Source: Gammaproteobacteria bacterium (GTDB lineage: Bacteria; Pseudomonadota; Gammaproteobacteria; Pseudomonadales; Porticoccaceae). Taken from it: DNA of 64,000 nt. The position numbers and the translations under genes are program-made. Under the pieces are notes generated by a model. It was not told the DNA's origin. It did no database searches and saw nothing but the letters and a program-made list of their open reading frames with translations. Position 1 is the stretch's first letter, and every line of letters begins with the position of its first letter. The DNA is taken from NCBI GenBank assembly GCA_046566625.1, contig JBKHWK010000001.1:245-64244 (forward strand), read 5' to 3'. This document shows positions 10,538-18,557 of this stretch, one piece after another.

Positions 10538-11641
10538 GTGATCATCTTTCGCTATCTCGCCCGGGATCTACTCGTCACCACGGTCGCCGTGGCCACCGTC
10601 CTGCTGCTGGTGGTGATGAGCAGCCGCTTCGTGCAGTACATGGCCGACGCCGCCGAGGGCAAGATCGATCCCAATGTGATCTTCGCCATCATGGGATACC
10701 GGATGCCGGCTTTTCTCGAGCTTATTCTACCGTTGGCCTTCTTTCTCGCCGTGCTGCTGTCCTACGGCAGGCTGTACCAGGACAGCGAGATGACCGTGTT
10801 GCACGCCTGTGGCATCAGCCAACTGCGGATTGCGGGTTATACCCTCGCCGTGGCGATGATGGTCGCGGCCTTCGTGGCCTGGCTGAGTTTGTCGTTGGGC
10901 CCCGAGGGCATGGCGCGTGCCGAGGTGTTGGTCGACGCACAGAAAGCCCGGGGCGAGTTCGATGCCATGGAGGGCGGCAAGTTTTACCCGCTGCACGGCG
11001 GCAAGGGCGTGAGCTACACCGAAGAGGTGCTTCCAGGTGGCCACATGAACCAGGTGTTTCTGGTCGAGGGCGGGGCCGACGCGGAGGGTAAGCCGAGCAT
11101 GGTGATCGTGGTGGCCGAGCGCGGCGAGCCCAAACGCTCCGCGGACGGCCAGGCCAGCTATCTGGTGCTGACAAACGGGCACCGCTACCAGGGTGTCCCG
11201 GGTCAGGCCGATTTCGATGTGACCCAATTCGAGGAATACGGCCAGCGTCTCGCCAGACCCGCGCCGCGCAACCGGCCGGGCTGGAGCGATTCCATACCCA
11301 CGAGCGCGTTGCTGGGATCCGCCAATCCCAAACACGTCGCCGCTTTGCAGTGGCGCTATTCCACCGCGTTACTGGTGCTGGTGGTGACCTTGATGGCGCT
11401 GCCTCTGAGCCGCACCGATCCCCGCAAGGGCCGCTATGCCCGCATCCTGCCGGCGGTGTTTCTCTACATCATCTACCTCATGAGCCTCAATGCTGCGCGC
11501 GGCGCGGTGGAGGCCGGTGCGCTGGCGCCAGCCCTTGGTCTGTGGTGGATTCACCTGCTGTTTCTCGGTATCGGCGTGGCACTGGTGCTGTGGTGGATGG
11601 GCTGGCGGCCCGAACGCCTGCGCGCCTGGAGGCGTGCCTGA
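10538..11641 (+). CDS. lptF: LPS export ABC transporter permease LptF
   Basis: YjgP/YjgQ family, divergent from pepA as in many gammaproteobacteria. The GTG start gives VIIFRYLARDLL, matching the usual LptF N-terminus. The track ORF starts at 10481. Confidence 0.85.
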   Translation: MIIFRYLARDLLVTTVAVATVLLLVVMSSRFVQYMADAAEGKIDPNVIFAIMGYRMPAFLELILPLAFFLAVLLSYGRLYQDSEMTVLHACGISQLRIAGYTLAVAMMVAAFVAWLSLSLGPEGMARAEVLVDAQKARGEFDAMEGGKFYPLHGGKGVSYTEEVLPGGHMNQVFLVEGGADAEGKPSMVIVVAERGEPKRSADGQASYLVLTNGHRYQGVPGQADFDVTQFEEYGQRLARPAPRNRPGWSDSIPTSALLGSANPKHVAALQWRYSTALLVLVVTLMALPLSRTDPRKGRYARILPAVFLYIIYLMSLNAARGAVEAGALAPALGLWWIHLLFLGIGVALVLWWMGWRPERLRAWRRA

Positions 11642-12702
11642 TGCAGCAGCTATCCCGCTACACCGGTCGCACGGTGCTCGGCGCCATCGCGGTCGCGCTG
11701 CTGGTATTGCTGGCGCTCAACGCCATTGCGGCGCTGGTGGACGGGCTGCGTGACTTGCAGCACAGCTTTGACTTCCCGGAACTCCTCCTCTACGTGCTCG
11801 CGACAATCCCGGCGCGGGGCTACGACAGCCTGCCGTTTGCAGTGCTGATCGGGGCCATAGTCGGGCTCGGTAGTCTGGCGGGCAACAGTGAGCTGGTTGT
11901 CATGCGTAGCGCGGGAGTATCGCTGCTGCGGATCGCGTGGTTTGCCGCGCGCCCGGTACTGCTGGTGATTCTCGCTGGCAGTCTGGTCGGCGAATTCGTG
12001 GTGCCCCAAACCGATCAGTGGGCGGAGAGTCGCAAGCTGGCGCTGCGCGGCGATCCGGAGACATTCTCGGCGCGCAGCGGCGTGTGGAATCGCGAGGGCG
12101 ACGAGTTCATGCACTTCAACGCCATCTATTCCGGTGGCCGTCTGGCCGGGGTCGCGCGCTATCGCTTCGACGCGCAGCGCCGCCTGCGGGAAGCGAGCTT
12201 CGCGGCCCGTGCCCGCTACCTCGGCGATCACTGGGTGGAAGAGGATGGCGTGATCACGCGTCTGGGCGACACTGCCATCGAGACCGACCACTTCGCCAGC
12301 CGCCGCTGGGACAGCGACCTCTCCCCGGACCTGCTCACTCTGACGCTGATGGCGCCGGAAGCCTTGCCGGTGCGCCAATTAGGGAGCTACGCCGATTACC
12401 TGGAACGCCAGGGGCTCCAGGCCGGCGCCTATCAGCTCGCCTTCTGGTCCAAGGTGCTGCAACCGGTGATGATTTTCAGTCTGCTGCTGGTTGCCGTGTC
12501 CTTCGTGTTCGGCCCGCTGCGGGAATCCACCACGGGATTCCGGGTGTTTTCCGGCGTGCTGGTCGGCGTAGTGTTCCAGACCAGCCTGAAATTGCTCGGA
12601 CCCTCGAGCCTGGTATTCGGGTTTTCACCCTTGTGGGCGGTGCTGGCGCCGATCCTGGCCTGCCTGGCGGTGGGGCTGGTGTTGCTGCGCCGGGCGGCCT
12701 AG
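11641..12702 (+). CDS. lptG: LPS export ABC transporter permease LptG
   Basis: The ATG at 11641 overlaps the lptF stop (TGATG). N-terminus MQQLSRYTGRTVLGAI. YjgP/YjgQ family and paired with lptF. Confidence 0.9.
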   Translation: MQQLSRYTGRTVLGAIAVALLVLLALNAIAALVDGLRDLQHSFDFPELLLYVLATIPARGYDSLPFAVLIGAIVGLGSLAGNSELVVMRSAGVSLLRIAWFAARPVLLVILAGSLVGEFVVPQTDQWAESRKLALRGDPETFSARSGVWNREGDEFMHFNAIYSGGRLAGVARYRFDAQRRLREASFAARARYLGDHWVEEDGVITRLGDTAIETDHFASRRWDSDLSPDLLTLTLMAPEALPVRQLGSYADYLERQGLQAGAYQLAFWSKVLQPVMIFSLLLVAVSFVFGPLRESTTGFRVFSGVLVGVVFQTSLKLLGPSSLVFGFSPLWAVLAPILACLAVGLVLLRRAA

Positions 12703-12832
12703 CCGGTCGCCGACAGCGGACGACCGCAGAATGTTCTGCATAGCCGATTCCGTTCATGGTCCGCCAAACTCACCTCCAACGAAATCGGACAGTTACCGTT
12801 CGTCCTGCGCGTGTTGAAGGGCTTGTGTATCC

Positions 12833-13336
12833 CTACCGAGGCTTCGGCAGCACCACCAGGCGCGTCCCGCTGCCGAGATCGTGCAGACAATCCCCCGAGC
12901 GGCTCCACAGGCACCAGAGATAGCCCAGCACCGAAACCAGCGAGAACGGCGCCAGCAGGCAGCGCAGCCAGGCTTGTCGCCAGGTGGGCGGGCTGCCATC
13001 GGGCTGTTGCAGGCGCAGCCGCCAGGTTTTCATGCCCAGCGTCTGGCCTGCCCGGCGCCAGCACCAGATGTAATACAGCGACAGGAACAGCCACAGCCCT
13101 GCCAGGCCCAAGCCGCCCAGGGGGTGGGCCTCATGCGCGCCGAAAACTTGCACCTGAACCGTCAAGATAATCCCGACGTATACAAAAGCCAGCGCAATCA
13201 GCAGCAGGCCGTCGTAGACCAGCGCAGCGAGGCGGCGCCAGAGCGGGGCCGCCGGCAATGCAGCATGGTGACCGTTTACGGCGGTGGAAGCGGGCTCTGC
13301 CGACACGGGGCGCGACTGCATTTTGAGGGGTGGCAA
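12833..13336 (-). CDS. RDD family membrane protein
   Basis: 167 aa. WRRLAALVYDGLLLIAL, multiple TM segments and a C-terminal HDLGSGTRLV, which is the typical RDD layout. Confidence 0.7.
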   Translation of the reverse strand: MPPLKMQSRPVSAEPASTAVNGHHAALPAAPLWRRLAALVYDGLLLIALAFVYVGIILTVQVQVFGAHEAHPLGGLGLAGLWLFLSLYYIWCWRRAGQTLGMKTWRLRLQQPDGSPPTWRQAWLRCLLAPFSLVSVLGYLWCLWSRSGDCLHDLGSGTRLVVLPKPR

Positions 13337-13675
13337 TGATAGCGCAGGCAGTCTCGGTTGCCATGAGCGGACGCCTGGTGGCAGCAGGTGATTCTTGCAC
13401 GCCTGCTTATCTCCAGAGTGGGCTGTGAGTTCCTGCTGTGGAGCCAGCCTCGGCGGCCCCGCAAGCCCACGCGTACGGTATCCTGCTCCAGGATGGGGCC
13501 ATCAAACCGTTTCGGTAACCTGGATGGCGTTGCAACTTTTGGCAACCCCGTGAATCATAACCGCGACCCCTGCCTGTAAGAGGGCAGCCGGTTCGGCGAC
13601 CAACACAGCGCCAACAACCCGGAGCCAGCAACCTGGCACCAACTACTTGGCACCAACAACCAAAGGATACCCATC

Positions 13676-14038
13676 ATGACAACACAAGCGAAAAAACCCG
13701 TTGCTGCGGCCGTCGGTGCTGCTTTCCTCGCGTCGGTCGCCCTGGCGCCCCTGGCGCAGGCAGCTGAAAATCCGTTTCAGGCCAACAGTCTCAGTGGTGG
13801 CTACACCCTCGCCGAAAAGACCATGACCGAGGGCAAGTGCGGTGAGGGCAAGTGCGGCGAAAGCATGAAGAAAGCGGACGAGGGCAAGTGCGGTGAGGGC
13901 AAGTGCGGTGAAGCTATGAAGAAAGCGCACGAGGGTAAGTGCGGTGAGGGCAAGTGCGGAGCCAGCAAGGCAGCGCCCAGCGCTGAGGCGGCAGTCGAGG
14001 CAGCAGGTGAGGCAGCAGGCTCGGCTACCAAGCCCTGA
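13676..14038 (+). CDS. hvfA: Secreted cysteine-repeat precursor protein, HvfA-like (six EGKCG motifs)
   Basis: 120 aa. Sec-type signal peptide ending LAQA/AEN. Then three units of [11 protein letters not shown](S/A)MKKA(D/H), the last truncated. All six Cys of the protein lie in EGKCG. AAGGA RBS at 13662-13666. DUF692 and DUF2063 genes follow directly. Confidence 0.8.
   Translation: MTTQAKKPVAAAVGAAFLASVALAPLAQAAENPFQANSLSGGYTLAEKTMTEGKCGEGKCGESMKKADEGKCGEGKCGEAMKKAHEGKCGEGKCGASKAAPSAEAAVEAAGEAAGSATKP
13829..13960 (+). repeat. 51-bp tandem coding repeat (2.6 units) with nested 15-bp EGKCG sub-repeat
   Basis: Unit 1 is 13829-13879, unit 2 is 13880-13930, and a partial unit 3 is 13931-13960. 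Units 1 and 2 differ at 5 of 51 positions by direct comparison. Confidence 0.9.
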
Positions 14039-14055
14039 GTCCTGAAGAGTCCGCC

Positions 14056-14901
14056 GTGATCCCGCTTGCGGGTGCCGGTCTGGGGCTGCGGCGGACCCTG
14101 CTGGGTCCGCTGTCGTCCCGTACTGCTGCTGACGTGCAGTTTCTGGAGGTTGCGCCCGAGAACTGGATTCGTGTCGGCGGCCGCCTCGGACGGCAGTTGG
14201 CGGAATACACCGAGCGCTTTCCCTTCGTCTGTCACGGCTTGTCCCTGTCCCTGGGTTCCGCCGATCCGCTCGACCGGGATCTGCTCGCCGGGATCAAGGG
14301 ATTTCTCCAGCGCCATCGTGTCCTCTGCTACTCGGAGCACCTGAGCTACTGTAGCGATCAGGGCCATCTCTACGATTTGCTGCCGATGCCCTTCACCGCG
14401 GAAGCCGTGCGGCATGTGGCGGCCCGTATCCGGCAGGTACAGGATGTTCTCGAACGCCGCATCGCGATCGAAAATGTTTCCTACTACGCCGCGCCGCTCG
14501 CGGATATGAGCGAGATCGAGTTTCTCAACGCGGTATTGACGGAAGCGGATTGCGATCTGCTGCTGGACGTCAACAATGTCTATGTCAACAGCGTCAATCA
14601 CGGTTATGACGCGGAAGCGTTCCTGGCGCGGATTCCCGGCGCTCGCATCGCCTATGGTCATATCGCGGGCCATTTTGTGGAAGCCGAAGATCTGCTCGTG
14701 GATACCCACGGCGCCGATGTGAACGATCCGGTATGGACGCTGCTGCAATCGGCCTATCGGCGCTTTGGGGTTTTTCCGACACTGCTCGAGCGCGATTTCA
14801 ATCTGCCAACGGTGGAGCTGCTCCTGGCGGAAGTCGCCAAAATCGGCGCGATCCAGGCGGAGGCTTTGGCCGTACGGCGCCCTGCGGTGGCAACGGCATG
14901 A
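14056..14901 (+). CDS. hvfB: DUF692 / MNIO-family (MbnB-like) multinuclear non-heme iron oxidative enzyme, HvfB-like
   Basis: 281 aa, GTG start 17 nt after hvfA. Blocks [33 protein letters not shown] and [15 protein letters not shown] are typical of the DUF692 TIM-barrel family. Confidence 0.85.
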   Translation: MIPLAGAGLGLRRTLLGPLSSRTAADVQFLEVAPENWIRVGGRLGRQLAEYTERFPFVCHGLSLSLGSADPLDRDLLAGIKGFLQRHRVLCYSEHLSYCSDQGHLYDLLPMPFTAEAVRHVAARIRQVQDVLERRIAIENVSYYAAPLADMSEIEFLNAVLTEADCDLLLDVNNVYVNSVNHGYDAEAFLARIPGARIAYGHIAGHFVEAEDLLVDTHGADVNDPVWTLLQSAYRRFGVFPTLLERDFNLPTVELLLAEVAKIGAIQAEALAVRRPAVATA

Positions 14902-15686
14902 ACGGTAGCGTGCCGGAGTTTCAGCGCGTGCAGCGCCGGTTTGCCGCGCACCTGCGCGATCCTGATCGCAATCCGGCGCCCGGCGGTGTCGAACCGCGCC
15001 GCCTGCGGATTTACCGGGATCTCGTGTTCAACAACATCGCCGGTTTTATCCGCAGTGGCTTCCCGGTGCTGTGCGATATCCTGGGGCCGGCGCGCACGAA
15101 CGCGCTGGTACGGGATTTCATCGTCCGACATCGCGCGGAATCGCCCTATTTTCTCGATATCGGCCACGAATTCATCGCGTATCTTCAGAACGAATACGAA
15201 GCTGCCGCGGGCGATCCCGATTTCCTGCTGGAGCTGGCGCATTACGAGTGGGTGGAGCTGGCGCTGGAGGTGGCGGAGATCGACTATCCGGTGACCGGAG
15301 TCGATCCTGGCGGCGACTTGTTGTCGGGGTGGCCGCTGGTGTCGCCGTTGGCGTGGAGCCTCTCTTACCGCTATCCCGTGCATCGGTTGGGGCAGACGTA
15401 CCAGCCGGGCGCGCCGCCGGCGCAACCCACCTTTCTGGTGGTCTACCGCAATCGTGACGACGAGGTGAAATTCCTGGAAGCCAATGCGGTGACCGCCCGC
15501 CTGCTCGACCTGCTGCAGCCAGCATCGGGGACGCCCGTTCGCACCGGTGCCGACGTGTTGCGGCAGATTGCCCGTGAGTTGGGGCGGGATGATGTCGATA
15601 CCCTGGTCGCGGCCGGTACTCAGCTTCTTGAAGAATTGCGCGTGCTGGACATCGTTGCCGGCGCTGCCACTGTTGGCAGGCCGTAG
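14898..15686 (+). CDS. hvfC: DUF2063 (MbnC-like) RiPP maturation partner protein, HvfC-like
   Basis: The ATG at 14898 overlaps the hvfB stop (ATGA). N-terminus [13 protein letters not shown]...[13 protein letters not shown] is typical of DUF2063 proteins that pair with DUF692. Confidence 0.8.
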   Translation: MNGSVPEFQRVQRRFAAHLRDPDRNPAPGGVEPRRLRIYRDLVFNNIAGFIRSGFPVLCDILGPARTNALVRDFIVRHRAESPYFLDIGHEFIAYLQNEYEAAAGDPDFLLELAHYEWVELALEVAEIDYPVTGVDPGGDLLSGWPLVSPLAWSLSYRYPVHRLGQTYQPGAPPAQPTFLVVYRNRDDEVKFLEANAVTARLLDLLQPASGTPVRTGADVLRQIARELGRDDVDTLVAAGTQLLEELRVLDIVAGAATVGRP

Positions 15687-15688
15687 CC

Positions 15689-15704
15689 GTTTTTCAACAA
15701 GCTG
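15689..15704. repeat. Solo copy of the 16-bp terminal inverted repeat GTTTTTCAACAAGCTG of the MITE-like family
   Basis: Exact match to the right end of the elements at 26090-26105 and 57036-57051. Lies 3 nt after the hvfC stop. Confidence 0.85.
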
Positions 15705-15738
15705 TGCCTGAAGGTCTGTAAACGGACGGAGCGCGAGG

Positions 15739-16425
15739 TTATCGCGACTCAGGGTCCATGCGGGCCACCATCTCGCGCCAGTGTTCCAGCTGCCCGGGAT
15801 GCCCCGTCTCGATTTGCTCGTTGCGGGTGCGGGACAGCCACAGCGCCTCGGTGTTGAAGCTGTACACAGGACGCAGATCGGCGCGTTCGCTGGCCGGCTT
15901 GATGAGACGGTTGAGGTTGTCGAGGATCAGTGGCTGGGCATCCGGCGTCGAGTAATAGGCCAGCACCATGTGGGCCTGATTGAGCGTCAGCGACTTGACG
16001 TAGGTTATGCGCAGTTTGGCGGTATCCATGCCCATCGCTTTTAGCGTGAAGTACTTGGCGATGGAGAAATCCTCGCAATCGCCGGCGTCGCGCACGATGA
16101 ATTCCTTCGGCGTCGCCCAGTAATCCGCGACGCCGTAGAGCTCCTCGTCGGACAGGAAGCGGGCACCGTTGAAGAACTCGTTCACCTGACGCAATTTCTC
16201 CGCTTCATCCAGATTTTGACCGTTGGCGATAATGTCTCGCCAGAGTTGCAGTCGCGCCTCGGCGCCCTGCGCATGCCAGGCGTTAAATTGCGTCGATTCG
16301 TTCCAGTCCGCCAGCGCCGGTTCCGCGCTGGTGGTATTTCCCAGCAGAATGCCACTGCACACCCACAGCGCACAGCGCCATCGTTTGGCGCCGGCGGTCA
16401 GCATCGAAAGGGAAGTTTTGCCCAT
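15739..16425 (-). CDS. lapG: Periplasmic transglutaminase-like cysteine protease (BTLCP/peptidase C93), LapG-like
   Basis: Catalytic Cys motif GDCEDFSIAKYF, with downstream HMVLAYY and LILDN (Cys-His-Asp). Signal-peptide-like N-terminus. Adjacent to a LapD-like gene. Start uncertain: Met at 16425 or 16404; the track ORF starts at 16470. Confidence 0.8.
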   Translation of the reverse strand: MGKTSLSMLTAGAKRWRCALWVCSGILLGNTTSAEPALADWNESTQFNAWHAQGAEARLQLWRDIIANGQNLDEAEKLRQVNEFFNGARFLSDEELYGVADYWATPKEFIVRDAGDCEDFSIAKYFTLKAMGMDTAKLRITYVKSLTLNQAHMVLAYYSTPDAQPLILDNLNRLIKPASERADLRPVYSFNTEALWLSRTRNEQIETGHPGQLEHWREMVARMDPESR

Positions 16426-16547
16426 GCGCGGGATGCTAGCATCGCGCGACAGTTGCGCCGCTCGTGTCACTGTCGAACTGTGACGGGACGCGCATTTGGC
16501 AATGTTTCACACGTTTGGCTAGACTGCGGCGATCTCCCTGGGCAGGT

Positions 16548-18506
16548 ATGCGCGTGACACTCTTTCGCCAGTTGGTATTGGCTGTACTGACCCTGACCCT
16601 GCTGTTGTATGGCGTCAATAGCGTGATCAGTCTCTCCAATACACGCGCTCTGGTAGCGCAGCAGATGGCGGTTCACGCCCAAGACGCGGCGACGTCCATC
16701 GCGCTGGCATTGTCTCAGGGGGACGTAGCCGCCGATCCGACGCTGCAGGAAGTACTGTTTAACGCCATTTCCGACGGTGGGTATTACCAGCGTATCCAGT
16801 TCCGGGGACCCAAGGACGATATTCGGTTGGTGAGGGAGTTTCCGGCAGGCGACCTCAGCGTGCCGGACTGGTTTGTCGCACTGATGGCGCTGCCCGAACA
16901 TACCGGTCGTGCCGAAGTGTCGAACGGCTGGAACCGTCTCGGCGAGATCGTGGTGGTCAGCAACCCGGGACAGACCTATCGCCAGTTATGGCAGTTGGCG
17001 TGGGAGCAGCTGCTGTGGTTCACCGTGGCCGCGATCCTGTTTTGCGGGCTCGGCATCCTGGGCTTGCTCTGGTTGTTGCGGCCACTGCGGCGCATCGAGG
17101 CTCAGGCGGATGCCATTCGCGAACAGCGCTTCGTGGTCCAGGAGGTGCTGCCGCGGGCGCGCGAGCTGCGTTCCGTGGTCGATGCCATGAATCGCATGGC
17201 GCAGGGCCTGAAGCAACTGTTTGCGAGCCAGGCTGGCATGATCGCGGATCTGCGGCGTACGGCCGCGGTTGACCCGGTGACGGGGTTGGCCAATCGCGCA
17301 GACTTTGACGCGCGGATGAAGGCCCTCGTTGGCGACGACATGGAAGCGCGGCGGGGGATGCTGGCCATCATCGCGCTGGATGACCTGGGCCGGATCAATG
17401 CTCTGGCCGGCCGTACCGAGGGCAATGCCTTGCTGACGGCGATAGGCCATGGTTTGCAGGAAGGACTGGCGGAATATTCCGGAGCTCTGGTGGCGCGTCG
17501 GCAGGGCGCGGAATTCGCGGTCTTTGTGGCTGATCTGGATGCCCGGGAGGCGGGTGTTGCGGCCTTGCATGCGCTGCGCAGCGCGGAAGCCATAGCCTTC
17601 CCACATCGGGAAAAGCTGCCGCTACGGTTTCGCATGGGCTACAGCTACAGTCCGGCAATCGACCGTGAAACCGATTTGCTGGGAGAAGCGGATCAGGCGT
17701 TGCGCCAGGTTGCGCCTGGGGCGGTGCCCAATTACCTTCGCCACGGCGCCCTGGATACCGGCGCCATTCCGCTGGTATCACGGCCGAACTTCGACTGGAT
17801 CGATCTGATCGAGCGTTTGCTGGAGCAGCGTTCTCTCGAACTCCTGTATCAGCCCACCGTGAGTGTGCCTGGGCGCAATCCGATCGGCTGTGAGGTCTAC
17901 AGCCGGATGCGGCCCGAGGCGGAGGCGCACGCCATCGCGGCGGGGGTGCTGCTGCCGATGGTGGAGCGGGTAGGGCGTGCGCCCGTCTATGATCGCCTGG
18001 TACTGGAACTGCTGGCAGCGCGCACCGACCTCGAGTCACCCATGTACGCGGTGAATCTCAGCATCCCCTCGGTTCAGTCTGCCGGTTTTCGCAGTTGGCT
18101 TGGCGAGTTTCTGGCGGTCAACCGGGCGCTCGCCAACCGCCTGGTATTCGAGGTGCCGGAGCGGGCACTGGCCATCGCGGAAGGTGCGACGCGAGATTTT
18201 CAGCGCCTGGTGGGAGACCACGGCTGTGGCCTTGCGCTCGATCACTTTGGGTTGGAGTCAGCCAATTTCGCCTATCTGGGCAGTCTGCCCCTGGCCCACG
18301 TCAAGGTCCACCGAAGCATCACGCGCGATATCGATCAGCACCGCGATAATCAGTTTTACCTGAAGTTCATGGCTGAGCTGATGCGTGCCCGGGAGATTCC
18401 CTTGCTGGTCGAGGGCATCGAGCAGGAAGCCGAGTGGAACATCTGCGCGGAACTTGGCGTCGATGCCGGCCAGGGATTTTTACTGGGCCGTCCCGAACCC
18501 CGCTGA
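16548..18506 (+). CDS. lapD: LapD-like inner-membrane c-di-GMP receptor (LapD/MoxY periplasmic domain-HAMP-degenerate GGDEF-degenerate EAL)
   Basis: 652 aa from MRVTLFRQLVLAV. Two TM helices flank a periplasmic domain containing SNGWNRLGEIVVV. The GGDEF position reads RQGAEF. The EAL position reads GCEVYSRM after LLYQP. This matches the LapD architecture. Confidence 0.8.
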   Translation: MRVTLFRQLVLAVLTLTLLLYGVNSVISLSNTRALVAQQMAVHAQDAATSIALALSQGDVAADPTLQEVLFNAISDGGYYQRIQFRGPKDDIRLVREFPAGDLSVPDWFVALMALPEHTGRAEVSNGWNRLGEIVVVSNPGQTYRQLWQLAWEQLLWFTVAAILFCGLGILGLLWLLRPLRRIEAQADAIREQRFVVQEVLPRARELRSVVDAMNRMAQGLKQLFASQAGMIADLRRTAAVDPVTGLANRADFDARMKALVGDDMEARRGMLAIIALDDLGRINALAGRTEGNALLTAIGHGLQEGLAEYSGALVARRQGAEFAVFVADLDAREAGVAALHALRSAEAIAFPHREKLPLRFRMGYSYSPAIDRETDLLGEADQALRQVAPGAVPNYLRHGALDTGAIPLVSRPNFDWIDLIERLLEQRSLELLYQPTVSVPGRNPIGCEVYSRMRPEAEAHAIAAGVLLPMVERVGRAPVYDRLVLELLAARTDLESPMYAVNLSIPSVQSAGFRSWLGEFLAVNRALANRLVFEVPERALAIAEGATRDFQRLVGDHGCGLALDHFGLESANFAYLGSLPLAHVKVHRSITRDIDQHRDNQFYLKFMAELMRAREIPLLVEGIEQEAEWNICAELGVDAGQGFLLGRPEPR

Positions 18507-18557
18507 CGGCGGGGCGGCGGTTTATAATCCGCGCCCCTGAAATTCGGACGCAGCCCC

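Noticed and set aside
11350-11640. Upstream extension of the lptG ORF (track ORF 11350..12702).
   Set aside because: It overlaps the 3' end of lptF out of frame. The ATG at 11641 is coupled to the lptF stop and gives the canonical LptG N-terminus.
13634-13657. Possible sigma-54 promoter, because TGGCAC occurs twice upstream of hvfA.
   Set aside because: The -24/-12 geometry (TGGCAC-N5-TTGC) is not met. The second element reads TTGG and the spacing is 7 nt. No enhancer-binding protein gene is nearby. The repeats are kept only as an unexplained direct repeat.
13643-13930. 95-aa minus-strand ORF with the repeated hydrophobic peptide [23 protein letters not shown], antisense to the precursor gene.
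   Set aside because: Its repeats are just the mirror image of the 51-bp EGKCG coding repeats. The plus-strand gene has a signal peptide, an RBS and the functional context of the DUF692/DUF2063 genes.
13829-13960. CRISPR-like periodic repeats. Also considered for the 13-bp repeats at 8248..8285.
   Set aside because: The repeats are contiguous with no unique spacers. They are too short or too few, one set lies inside a coding region, and no cas genes are present.
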